From: Bacillota bacterium
GTDB taxonomy: Bacteria > Bacillota > Clostridia > Lachnospirales > Lachnospiraceae
DNA: 64,000 nucleotides
Direction of reading: 5' to 3'
Assembly: GCA_023398375.1 (NCBI GenBank)
Contig: JAEWSH010000133.1
Location: 244,260 to 308,259 of the forward strand
Shown here: positions 1-8,442 of the stretch, in pieces
Position numbering within the stretch: the stretch's first letter is position 1
How the letters are laid out: every line of letters begins with the position of its first letter
Notes under the pieces: generated by a model
Seen by the model: only the letters and a program-made list of their open reading frames with translations
Told to the model about the DNA's origin: nothing
Databases searched by the model: none
Made by a program: the position numbers and the translations under genes

Positions 1-2
1 AA

Positions 3-263
3 GAAATTGAATATCGGTTTACAGAACTTTATTTTGTGAATACGCTATTTTCTTATATGCAGGGAGAACAGCCAAAGCATATTGCATTTATAAGTAAGAT
101 GGTTCGGAAAATGAAGGAGACCTTTCCAGCATTCGAAAAGAACCGCTATTATCAGGAACTTGTGAATGAAGAGCAAAAAAAATTCATTCGCTGCCTGAAG
201 ATATCTACACTATTGTTTTTTGTTTATTACAAGTTACTATTTTTTTATCGCAGAATGCGATAA
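3..263 (+). CDS. 3' end of an unidentified CDS entering from upstream (partial)
   Basis: The frame is open from nt 3 to TAA at 261-263; the track shows only the GTG-initiated tail 36..263. No recognisable motif. C-terminus is rich in F/Y/L. Confidence 0.3.
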   Translation, partial: EIEYRFTELYFVNTLFSYMQGEQPKHIAFISKMVRKMKETFPAFEKNRYYQELVNEEQKKFIRCLKISTLLFFVYYKLLFFYRRMR

Positions 264-367
264 AGCAAGCCGTCAGGATATCATTATTATTTGCTAAAGA
301 TTTGCTTTGCGAGTTTCGATAGTTCCAGTGGCAGCCGCCAAATACAAGTCTGAGATTCAAAAAGTAA

Positions 368-516
368 GTGGTGAATGGGTATGAAGATCAATGAAGGACC
401 CTATAAAAACGTCGGTCCTTATGCGTCAGAGAGCGAAGCAATTCTGACGTATTAGTACCGTTACGTTTTTTATCGGAGCGGGAGCGTGTCCGAATGATTT
501 CATACCCATTCATCAC
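368..516. repeat. ~150-nt element closed by an 18-nt inverted repeat, with internal hairpins
   Basis: GTGGTGAATGGGTATGAA (368-385) pairs with TTCATACCCATTCATCAC (499-516), 17/18. Inner hairpins are AAGGACC..GGTCCTT and CGTCAGA..TCTGACG. Confidence 0.5.
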
Positions 517-560
517 GTATTATTTAGAAAACCCACGTGTATTATTTAGAAAACCCACGC
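517..560 (+). promoter_or_regulatory. Two tandem 22-bp direct repeats abutting the -35 of the pseB promoter (candidate activator site)
   Basis: GTATTATTTAGAAAACCCACGT (517-538) is followed by GTATTATTTAGAAAACCCACGC (539-560), 21/22 identical, period 22 bp. Confidence 0.6.
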
Positions 561-563
561 GTG

Positions 564-592
564 TTGTTTTTCGTGTTTAAGTGTGGTATAAT
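564..592 (+). promoter_or_regulatory. Sigma-A-type promoter with extended -10, upstream of pseB
   Basis: -35 TTGTTT (564-569), 17-nt spacer, TGgTATAAT (584-592). It lies 50 nt upstream of the pseB ATG. Confidence 0.5.
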
Positions 593-642
593 TTCACACG
601 TCAGATTCTCGAGCATGTCAAGTATGCAGATAGGAGCAATAT

Positions 643-1638
643 ATGTTAAATAATAAAACGATCTTAATTACCGGAGGAACAGGCTCTTTCGGAAAATGTT
701 TCACAAAATATGTATTAGAGCACTATGATCCAAAGAAAATTATCATTTATTCCAGAGATGAATTCAAACAATTCATTATGGCTAATAATTTTAAACAATA
801 TTCGGAAAAACTTAGATTTTTTATTGGGGATGTAAGAGATAAGGAAAGACTGCAGAGAGCTTTTGAAGGTGTTGATTATGTGATTCATGCAGCAGCTATG
901 AAGCAGGTACCTGCATGTGAATACAATCCGAATGAAGCAATCAAGACAAATATCCATGGGGCTCAGAATGTCATTGATGCAGCACTTGACACAGGTGTTA
1001 AAAAGGTAGTTGCATTGTCAACAGATAAGGCAGTAAATCCGGTTAATTTATATGGCGGTACAAAACTGGTATCAGATAAATTATTTATTGCTGCCAATGC
1101 TTACGTGGGGCATAAAGATATTAATTTTTCTATTGTTAGATATGGAAATGTTGCGGGTAGCCGTGGGTCTGTCATTCCTTTCTTCCAGAATATAATCAAT
1201 AATGGCGGTAAGGAACTGCCGATTACAGATTACAGGATGACGCGTTTCTGGATCAGCCTGCAGCAGGGTGTTGAATTAGTGATCAAAGCATTGGAGGAAG
1301 CAAAAGGAGGAGAGACATTTATCTCCAAAATACCTTCTTTTAAAATTACAGATCTTGCACAAGCAATGATGCCGGGATGTGAGATGCCGGAAGTGGGTAT
1401 CCGTGAAGGTGAGAAGCTGCATGAGATCATGGTTACCGTAGAGGATTCTATGACGACCTATGAATATGAGAATCATTTTATTGTATATCCCCAGATGGTT
1501 TGGAGTAAGGACAAGATGCCGACACCTACGGGAAAAAAAGTGGAAGATGGATTCTCCTACAGTTCGGGTACGAATAAAGAGTGGTTAACAGTAGAAGAAA
1601 TCAGAGAATTATTGAAGCAGGTAGATCTTGAAAAATAA
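643..1638 (+). CDS. pseB: UDP-N-acetylglucosamine 4,6-dehydratase (inverting), PseB/FlaA1
   Basis: N-terminus NKTILITGGTGSFGKCF, then IIIYSRDEFKQ, FFIGDVRD, HAAAMKQVP..EYNP, ALSTDKAVNPVNLYGGTKL. This is near-colinear with H. pylori FlaA1 as I recall it. SD is GCAGATAGGAG, 6 nt before the ATG. Confidence 0.9.
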   Translation: MLNNKTILITGGTGSFGKCFTKYVLEHYDPKKIIIYSRDEFKQFIMANNFKQYSEKLRFFIGDVRDKERLQRAFEGVDYVIHAAAMKQVPACEYNPNEAIKTNIHGAQNVIDAALDTGVKKVVALSTDKAVNPVNLYGGTKLVSDKLFIAANAYVGHKDINFSIVRYGNVAGSRGSVIPFFQNIINNGGKELPITDYRMTRFWISLQQGVELVIKALEEAKGGETFISKIPSFKITDLAQAMMPGCEMPEVGIREGEKLHEIMVTVEDSMTTYEYENHFIVYPQMVWSKDKMPTPTGKKVEDGFSYSSGTNKEWLTVEEIRELLKQVDLEK

Positions 1639-1661
1639 GAAAATAAAGATAGAATAAACAT

Positions 1662-1693
1662 AAGAAATGCAGGCAAGCACTGCATTTCTTTGG
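1662..1693 (+). terminator. Hairpin after pseB (terminator-like)
   Basis: Perfect 11-bp stem AAGAAATGCAG / CTGCATTTCTT with a 7-nt loop, starting 24 nt after the pseB stop. The T-tract is short (TTTCTT-TGG), so it may be only a partial terminator. Confidence 0.45.
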
Positions 1694-1698
1694 CTATA

Positions 1699-1845
1699 GT
1701 GTGAGAAGAGTGCGAGAAGTAATTCTAAGATGTGAAAGAACCACATCTAAGAATTACTAAGTCTCACACCGGAAGAAGATGCGGGCATCTTCTTCTCAGG
1801 GATTGTTTGTGCCGCCAGTTGCGGCATGCCTGGAAGTATAAAAGT
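1699..1845 (+). repeat. Family-A structured intergenic repeat, copy 1 (three stem-loops)
   Basis: Starts with GTGTGAGAAG. Long hairpin GAGAAGTAATTCTAAGATGTG-AAAGAAC-CACATCTAAGAATTACTAAGTCTC. Then GAAGAAGATGC/GCATCTTCTTC and TGCCGC-cagtt-GCGGCA. Confidence 0.8.
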
Positions 1846-1879
1846 ATATGCGGTTATCGACCGCAGATAGGAGTTAGAT

Positions 1880-3088
1880 ATGGAAAAATTAGCAATCAAC
1901 GGTGGAACTCCGGTCAGAGACACAAAGTTATATTATGGGCATCAGTATATTGATGAGGCTGATGTGAAAGCAGTATCAGAAGTTTTGGTTAGTGATTATC
2001 TGACATGTGGTCCGCAGATATCAAAGCTGGAAGAAAAGTTATGTAAACTTACGGGAGCAAAGTATGCAGTTGCATGCAGTAATGGAACAGCAGCTTTACA
2101 TATTGCATGTCAGGCAGCAGGCGTAACGACCGGTGATGAAGTGATTACAACACCGATCACATTTGCTGCTTCGGCGAACTGTGCTCTTTATTGTGGTGCG
2201 ACACCAGTTTTTGCAGATATCAATCCGAATACGTATAACATTGATCCGGCATCAGTTGCAGATCATATGACAGAAAAAACGAAAGCGGTCGTAGCAGTGG
2301 ATTTTACAGGACAAGCTGCAGAATTAAATCCGCTATTGCAGATGACGCGTAAGAAAAAAGTCGTTCTGATTGAAGATGCTTCGCATTCTATTGGAACAGT
2401 CTATGACGGCAGGAAGGTCGGCTCCATTGCAGATATGACTACGCTCAGCTTCCATCCGGTAAAAACAGTAACCAGCGGAGAAGGAGGAGCGGTCCTCACC
2501 AACAGTAAAGAATATTATGATAAGCTGGTTCTATACCGTGCACATGGAATCACAAGGGATGAGAAGTACATGGAACGTGAGCCGGATGGCCCATGGTATT
2601 ATGAACAGATAGAACTTGGTATGAATTATAGATTGACAGACATTCAGGCGGCATTGCTCTCCAGTCAGCTTGATAAGATAGAAAAGTTTCGGGCAAGAAG
2701 GAAAGAAATCGTAGCCAGATATGACAAGGCTTTCTCCAAGATACCTGAGATTACAGTACAGCAAGAGATTCCAGAGTCTGATACCACGAGACATCTCTAC
2801 ATTCTCCGCATCAGACCGGAACGGTTGACGATCGACAGAAAACAATTCTTTGAGGCAATGAATGCTGAAAATATATGCTGCAATGTACATTATATTCCGG
2901 TTTATTATCATCCGTATTATGAGCACCTTGGATATAAAAAAGGACTTTGCCCGAATGCGGAGAAACTGTATCGTGAGATGATGAGTCTTCCTTTGTATTA
3001 TGCATTATCTGATCAGGATGTAGAAGACGTGATCCAGGCTGTTAATAAGATTGTTGAAAATTGTAAGAAAGTCTCTTTAAAGGAGTAG
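1880..3088 (+). CDS. pseC: UDP-4-amino-4,6-dideoxy-N-acetyl-beta-L-altrosamine transaminase (DegT family), PseC
   Basis: YYGHQYIDEADVKAV..VL is a PseC-type N-terminus. DegT/DnrJ fold motifs are present (SFHPVKTVTSGEGG with the PLP lysine). It follows pseB and has the same SD context GCAGATAGGAG. Confidence 0.85.
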   Translation: MEKLAINGGTPVRDTKLYYGHQYIDEADVKAVSEVLVSDYLTCGPQISKLEEKLCKLTGAKYAVACSNGTAALHIACQAAGVTTGDEVITTPITFAASANCALYCGATPVFADINPNTYNIDPASVADHMTEKTKAVVAVDFTGQAAELNPLLQMTRKKKVVLIEDASHSIGTVYDGRKVGSIADMTTLSFHPVKTVTSGEGGAVLTNSKEYYDKLVLYRAHGITRDEKYMEREPDGPWYYEQIELGMNYRLTDIQAALLSSQLDKIEKFRARRKEIVARYDKAFSKIPEITVQQEIPESDTTRHLYILRIRPERLTIDRKQFFEAMNAENICCNVHYIPVYYHPYYEHLGYKKGLCPNAEKLYREMMSLPLYYALSDQDVEDVIQAVNKIVENCKKVSLKE

Positions 3089-3091
3089 TGT

Positions 3092-3790
3092 ATGAAGAGA
3101 GTAGCCATCATTACCGCGCGTGGGGGCAGCAAAAGGATTCCCCGTAAAAATATTAAATTGTTTTTAGGAAGACCTATTCTTCAGTATTCTATTGAGGCAG
3201 CATTACAGTCAGGATTATTTGATGAGGTCATGGTATCGACCGAGGATGAAGAGATTGCCAATATCGCGAAACAGGCAGGAGCAGAAGTTCCTTTTTACAG
3301 AACCGAAAGAACCGCAAATGACTATGCGACAACAGCGGATGTGATTCAGGAGGTTCTTGAGACTTATGAATCGAAGGGACAGACCTTTGATCATGCATGT
3401 TGTATTTATCCGACAGCGCCATTTATCACAGCAAAGAAACTGCAGGAAGCTATGCTGTTGTTAGAAGAAAATCATGCAGATAGTGTATTGCCGGTAGTAC
3501 GTTTTTCGTTTCCGCCGCAAAGGTGTGTTGTCATTTCAGATAATCAGGTACACCCTAAGTGGCCGGAATTCATGAATTGCCGTTCACAGGATTTAGAGCC
3601 GTTTTACCATGATGCCGGTCAGTTCTATTGTATTGATACAGGTGCATTTGCCAAACAGCGAAAAGTCTTTATGAGGCATACGGTTCCGATCGTCTTGTCA
3701 GAGATGGATGTACAGGATATTGATACGGAAGAAGACTGGAAGATGGCAGAATTAAAATTTAAGATGCTCCGCTGCGATGGGAACGGATAA
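3092..3790 (+). CDS. pseF: Pseudaminic acid cytidylyltransferase (CMP-nonulosonate synthetase family), PseF
   Basis: AIITARGGSKRIPRKNIK is the cytidylyltransferase signature. The pse gene context supports the call. Confidence 0.8.
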   Translation: MKRVAIITARGGSKRIPRKNIKLFLGRPILQYSIEAALQSGLFDEVMVSTEDEEIANIAKQAGAEVPFYRTERTANDYATTADVIQEVLETYESKGQTFDHACCIYPTAPFITAKKLQEAMLLLEENHADSVLPVVRFSFPPQRCVVISDNQVHPKWPEFMNCRSQDLEPFYHDAGQFYCIDTGAFAKQRKVFMRHTVPIVLSEMDVQDIDTEEDWKMAELKFKMLRCDGNG

Positions 3791-3812
3791 GTGAAAGGCG
3801 GTGAGATTTAAG

Positions 3813-4847
3813 ATGTTCTATATTCGGACAGATGGAAATACACAGATCGGTGCCGGACACATAATGCGATGCGTATCTATTGCGCAGGCCCTTAAAAACA
3901 GAGGAAAAGTAACAATCTTTATAACAGCAGATGAGGAGTCGGCACGTCTGATTGCCAGTAAGGGATTTGGTACACTTACCTTAAAAACAAACTATAATGA
4001 TATGGATGGTGAACTGAAAAATTTACTTCCGGTTCTAAGAGAGAACGATATCCAGTCATTGCTGATAGACAGTTATTCAGTAACGGATCATTACATGCGT
4101 ACAGTAGGAGAAAAAGCTAAGACGATCTATATGGATGATCTGGGAGAACACCTGTATCCGGCTGACATGCTCATTAATTATAATATTTATGCCAGAGAGC
4201 TGTCATATGAGGAAAATTACCAGAAAAAGGTAATGAAAGTACCAAAACTGATATTAGGCTGTGAGTATGTGCCTCTTCGTTCTGAGTTTCAAAACATGGA
4301 AGGGAAGATAAGAAGATATGTCAAAGATGTCTTAATTACTTCCGGTGGAAGCGATCCCTGCAATGCAGCCGGAAAAATACTGGAGACAGTAGTCCGGCAG
4401 GGGATGAAATATAAAGGAATCCAATTCCACATAGTGAGTGGAACTTATAATACGAATTTTGAGAGTCTGCGTGACATGGAAAAAGAAAATGGAAATTTTC
4501 ATGTTTATCAAAATGTAAAAGATATGGCAGCACTTATGAAAAAATGTGATGTGGCGATTGCTGCATGTGGAAGTACCATGTATGAATTATCAGCAATGGG
4601 AATTCCTACAGTATGTTATTTCTTTGCAGACAATCAGAAAAAAGTGGCAGAGGCCTTTGGAAGAACACTTGCAGGAAATGCCGGAAATATAGAAGAAAAT
4701 TCCGAAATGGTATTATCTGAGATCTTGAAATATCTGGATGCCTATATGGAATCTTATGAGCTGAGGGTCGAAAAAAGTGATGCCATGATGCAGATGCTGG
4801 ATGGCGATGGCGCCTCCAGAATTGCAGAAGAATTGATTAGGCTATAA
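3813..4847 (+). CDS. pseG: UDP-2,4-diacetamido-2,4,6-trideoxy-beta-L-altropyranose hydrolase, PseG
   Basis: FYIRTDGNTQIGAGHIMRCVSIAQAL is a typical PseG N-terminus and the fold is GT28-like. I preferred ATG 3813 over the track's GTG 3801 because of the SD spacing. Confidence 0.75.
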   Translation: MFYIRTDGNTQIGAGHIMRCVSIAQALKNRGKVTIFITADEESARLIASKGFGTLTLKTNYNDMDGELKNLLPVLRENDIQSLLIDSYSVTDHYMRTVGEKAKTIYMDDLGEHLYPADMLINYNIYARELSYEENYQKKVMKVPKLILGCEYVPLRSEFQNMEGKIRRYVKDVLITSGGSDPCNAAGKILETVVRQGMKYKGIQFHIVSGTYNTNFESLRDMEKENGNFHVYQNVKDMAALMKKCDVAIAACGSTMYELSAMGIPTVCYFFADNQKKVAEAFGRTLAGNAGNIEENSEMVLSEILKYLDAYMESYELRVEKSDAMMQMLDGDGASRIAEELIRL

Positions 4848-4865
4848 GGTGTTTGGGAGGACAAA

Positions 4866-5306
4866 ATGATAAAATTTGCAATGGAAATGTATAAAAAATA
4901 CGAAGATGTGATCTTATATCTGTTTTTTGGAGGATTGACCTTTCTGATTAGTATCGGCTCTTATTATGTGTGCGCTGAAACCTTAGGCATGCACTATATG
5001 GTAGCCAATGTGATTTCCTGGATCGTAGCAGTCCTGTTTGCTTATATTACGAACCGCATCTTTGTATTTAAGAGCAGTGCCACAGGATTTGCACAGATTC
5101 TCAAGGAATTATGGTTATTTATAGCCTGCAGATTAACGACCGGGGGAATGGAGATCGTAATTATGTTCATTGGCGTTACGCTTATGAGTGTGAACGATAT
5201 GATTGTTAAAATAATTTCACAAATTGTGGTTATCTTATCTAATTATGTTTTTAGTAAACTGATTATATTTAAGAAAGAAAAAATAGCAATTGATAAAAAA
5301 GTGTGA
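4866..5306 (+). CDS. gtrA: GtrA-family membrane protein (polyprenyl-phosphate-sugar flippase family)
   Basis: 146 aa with 4 TM segments. VANVISWIVAVLFAYITNRIFVFKS is the GtrA signature. Confidence 0.8.
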   Translation: MIKFAMEMYKKYEDVILYLFFGGLTFLISIGSYYVCAETLGMHYMVANVISWIVAVLFAYITNRIFVFKSSATGFAQILKELWLFIACRLTTGGMEIVIMFIGVTLMSVNDMIVKIISQIVVILSNYVFSKLIIFKKEKIAIDKKV

Positions 5307-5440
5307 AAAGCATTTCTAAAGAAGCGAAAGAACCGCTTCTGAGAAATGCTAAGTTTCACACAGGAAGAAGCCTCTTGCGAGTCTTCTTCTTCCTGATTAT
5401 TTGTGCCGCTTGAAGCGGCATGTCTGGAAGTGTGAGAAGT
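5301..5440 (+). repeat. Family-A structured intergenic repeat, copy 2
   Basis: Starts GTGTGAAAAG and contains the gtrA stop codon. Hairpin AGCATTTCTAAAGAAGCG-AAAGAAC-CGCTTCTGAGAAATGCT. Then GGAAGAAG..CTTCTTC and TGCCGC-ttgaa-GCGGCA. Ends in the tail TGTCTGGAAGTGTGAGAAG. Confidence 0.8.
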
Positions 5441-5472
5441 CAAATAAATTTGGCGGGAAAGATGTTTCAGAT

Positions 5473-6630
5473 ATGGTAGAAAAAGTAGAAGTGGATCAAA
5501 GTAATAATTTTAAAGAGAAATTGCTTGGACGTAAAGCCAATTTTGAGCTGTTACGTCTGATTGCCATGTTGATGGTGGTGTCTCTGCATTACCTGTCCAA
5601 GGGACAGGTGCTGTCAGATTTTAAGGACGGGCCGTTGTCGGGAAATGAGTATCTGGCGTATTTACTGGAATCATTCTCTGTTGTAGCAGTGAATGCTTTT
5701 GTATTGCTGAGCGGTTATTTTCTGGTGACATCGGAATTCAAAAGTAAAAAGGTAATACAATTGGCAGCACAGGTTCTCTTCTATGCGATCCTGATTCCTG
5801 TTGTACTGACAGCAGCCGGCGTTCTGCAGATTCAGGATATGAATATTTATACGATATTTCCTGATGTATTTCCGATTCAGACCGAGCATTACTGGTTTGC
5901 AACATACTATGTATTTCTATATCTTTGTACACCGATTCTGAATAGAGCAATAAAGGCAATGAACCAACAGCAATTGAAGATATGCACCGTCTTATTATTA
6001 TTTGTATTTTCTATTCCAAAATCAATTCTGCCGTTGGAGATTCCGATTGACAGAAAAGGATATGACCTGATCTGGTTTATCTGTGTGTATTTTGTGGCGG
6101 CTTATATCAGATTATATGGAATCCCTTTTTTAGAGAAGATAAAAAATAGTGTTTTTCTGTATGCTATTATGACAGTACTTATATTTTCGTACATCTGTAT
6201 CCTTGGAGCAATTTTTCAACGGACCGGATACCTTGAAAATCAGATAAAAGAGGTACTTCATTATAATCATATCTTAAATTTACTATCAGCCATTGCGTTC
6301 TTTTATATATTTCACAATATAAAATTGCATAATGGAATGATAGCCAGAGGTATCTGTGCGATTTCCCCATATGCATTCGGTGTATACCTGCTGCATGAAC
6401 ACATAGATATTCGATATTTGTGGCCGGTATGGTGCCATGTACAGGAAATGAGTGGGACATCATGGTTCCTATTGCACTATATAACGACAGTAACAGGGAT
6501 CTTTATGTTGGGAATCATGGTAGATTGGTTCAGGAGCAGGATATTCCGTATAGCAGGAAAGAGATTGGAGAATGGCAGAATAGACAGATATCTGAGACAG
6601 TTAGATCAGGCGCTTCGGATGAAGCAATAG
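5473..6630 (+). CDS. Acyltransferase family 3 (OafA/WecH-like integral-membrane O-acyltransferase)
   Basis: NFELLRLIAMLMVVSLHY is an acyltransferase-3 start. About 10 TM segments. I chose ATG 5473 because the track's N-terminal extension (5401) runs through repeat A2. Confidence 0.75.
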   Translation: MVEKVEVDQSNNFKEKLLGRKANFELLRLIAMLMVVSLHYLSKGQVLSDFKDGPLSGNEYLAYLLESFSVVAVNAFVLLSGYFLVTSEFKSKKVIQLAAQVLFYAILIPVVLTAAGVLQIQDMNIYTIFPDVFPIQTEHYWFATYYVFLYLCTPILNRAIKAMNQQQLKICTVLLLFVFSIPKSILPLEIPIDRKGYDLIWFICVYFVAAYIRLYGIPFLEKIKNSVFLYAIMTVLIFSYICILGAIFQRTGYLENQIKEVLHYNHILNLLSAIAFFYIFHNIKLHNGMIARGICAISPYAFGVYLLHEHIDIRYLWPVWCHVQEMSGTSWFLLHYITTVTGIFMLGIMVDWFRSRIFRIAGKRLENGRIDRYLRQLDQALRMKQ

Positions 6631-6642
6631 AAAGAGGTCCGT

Positions 6643-8427
6643 ATGCAAAGAGAAAAAGCAAAAAAGTATATTAATTACATAGTATTTCCGATCATATTGC
6701 TTTTGTATCCGCTGATGCAATGTAATATTGGCGTAGATGTTACAGATACCGGCTACAGTCTCGGAAGTTATCTGTTTTCTTCTGCACAGATGGGAGAAAA
6801 ATGGGTCTTTTTTGCGTTCTATTTAGCGAATGTAGTCGGTTCCATGCTGACACATCTTCCATTCGGCCAGACGATGATCGGTATGAATTTTTATACAGGT
6901 CTTTTTGTAAGTGCAACGGCATTAATTTCCTATTATTTTTTGATCCGTAAGATTCCGGCATGGATAGCATTGACAGGAGAATTCATGGCAATCAGTTTAT
7001 GTTGGTGCCCAACGGTAATACTTTATAACTACTTAACATTTTTTTTCTTTACCATCATGGTAATATGCCTTTATAAAGGCATTATGGAAGATAAGAGAAT
7101 ATGGCTGGTATGCGCTGGTGTTGTGTTAGGACTAAGCGTCATGAGCCGTTTTCCGAATATTACGCAGGCAGCACTTATCATTGCGGTATGGTATTACGGT
7201 TGGCTGCAGAAAGACAACATCAGTAACGTGCTGAAAAATACAGGTGCGTGCATTTTGGGATTTCTGATTGGCATGGGTGCAATGCTTAGTATAATAGCCA
7301 CCCAATATGGTATGGAATCTTATTTTGGGATGATCAGCAGTTTGCTTTCCGGTGAAGGCAGTGTAGAAGGGCATTCACTGGGGGATATGGTATGGCCGAT
7401 CATAGATGCTTATTTTGTGGCAGCCAAATGGTTCTTTTTTATCATTGCAGTGGCAGTTGGCGGTATCCTTCTTTTTATGATTTTGAGAGACCGCTTTATA
7501 ATTATAAAAAAAGTAGGTTATATCATTACCATACTTGTCTTATTTCGTTTTCTATATGGAAGAGGGATGTTCAACTTCAGATATTATGCATATGACTCTA
7601 TGTTTCAATGGGTCGCAATATTTTTAATATTATCTCTGATATCATCTGCGGTCATAATGGCACAGAAAAATACTTCCCTGTCAGACAAGACCCTGGCGTG
7701 TATGACAATTCTGATCATTGCTGTAACGCCCATTGGAAGTGATAACTACCTATATATGAATATGAATAACCTGTTCCTGGTGGCACCCCTTGTGTTATAC
7801 TGGATAAGCCTATATGTAAAAGGAAACAGAAACCCTAAGATCGGCAGAATAGAGATAGAAAGGTTTCCGATCACGGCTATATTGGTCATGGTAATCGCTG
7901 TCACATTACTGCAAAGTGTTGGATTTGGATTTACATTTGTATTTCGGGATGGTACACTAGGCGAAAAACGGGATACCAGGATTTACAAAAACAATGTATT
8001 ATATGGCATGTATACAAATCGGGAAAATGCAGAAACCATAGAAGGAATTACGGAGTATTGTGAACAGAAGCAATTACAGGGAAAGAAAGTGATCTTATAT
8101 GGAGATATCCCGGCAATGTCCTGTTTCCTTCAGATGCCCGCGGCATTATCCACTACATGGCCGGATCTTGCCAGCTATACGATAGAAACAATGCAAAAGG
8201 ATATCGCTTTGATCAGACAGGAACAGGATAGCAATGACCGTCCGGTCATTATTGTGAGTTCCGGATTTGGGGCATGGCTTATGGAAGATCTGGAAGAGAT
8301 GAATTATTTTGGGATATCTCCGGAAAAGTATGACAATGATGAGAAAGCGACACTTATTCGTAATTTAATACTGGACATGCAGTATGAACAGACATATGCG
8401 AACAGCAAATTTGCGCTGTTTGAATAA
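6643..8427 (+). CDS. GT-C-like polytopic membrane protein with a C-terminal soluble domain (putative extracytoplasmic glycosyltransferase)
   Basis: 594 aa, about 12 TM segments. There is an acidic first-loop motif VDVTDTGY, and a hydrophilic C-terminal ~170 aa. Confidence 0.45.
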   Translation: MQREKAKKYINYIVFPIILLLYPLMQCNIGVDVTDTGYSLGSYLFSSAQMGEKWVFFAFYLANVVGSMLTHLPFGQTMIGMNFYTGLFVSATALISYYFLIRKIPAWIALTGEFMAISLCWCPTVILYNYLTFFFFTIMVICLYKGIMEDKRIWLVCAGVVLGLSVMSRFPNITQAALIIAVWYYGWLQKDNISNVLKNTGACILGFLIGMGAMLSIIATQYGMESYFGMISSLLSGEGSVEGHSLGDMVWPIIDAYFVAAKWFFFIIAVAVGGILLFMILRDRFIIIKKVGYIITILVLFRFLYGRGMFNFRYYAYDSMFQWVAIFLILSLISSAVIMAQKNTSLSDKTLACMTILIIAVTPIGSDNYLYMNMNNLFLVAPLVLYWISLYVKGNRNPKIGRIEIERFPITAILVMVIAVTLLQSVGFGFTFVFRDGTLGEKRDTRIYKNNVLYGMYTNRENAETIEGITEYCEQKQLQGKKVILYGDIPAMSCFLQMPAALSTTWPDLASYTIETMQKDIALIRQEQDSNDRPVIIVSSGFGAWLMEDLEEMNYFGISPEKYDNDEKATLIRNLILDMQYEQTYANSKFALFE

Positions 8428-8442
8428 AAGGAGGACAAGACG

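Noticed and set aside
381-455. 24-codon ORF (MKINEGPYKNVGPYASESEAILTY) inside the leader element
   Set aside because: It has no convincing SD. It lies within hairpin-forming sequence, and nothing supports translation.
368-516. IR-bounded segment upstream of pseB as an invertible promoter (inverton)
   Set aside because: - The only good promoter (564-592) lies outside the inverted repeats.
- No convincing -35/-10 is seen inside in either orientation.
- No site-specific recombinase gene is in the window.
- It is kept only as a structured leader or repeat.
1732-1953. 73-aa ORF spanning repeat A1 and the pseC start
   Set aside because: - It starts with GTG inside hairpin 1 of the repeat.
- It overlaps the pseC start out of frame.
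- The Arg/Cys/His-rich composition is typical of translated hairpin DNA.
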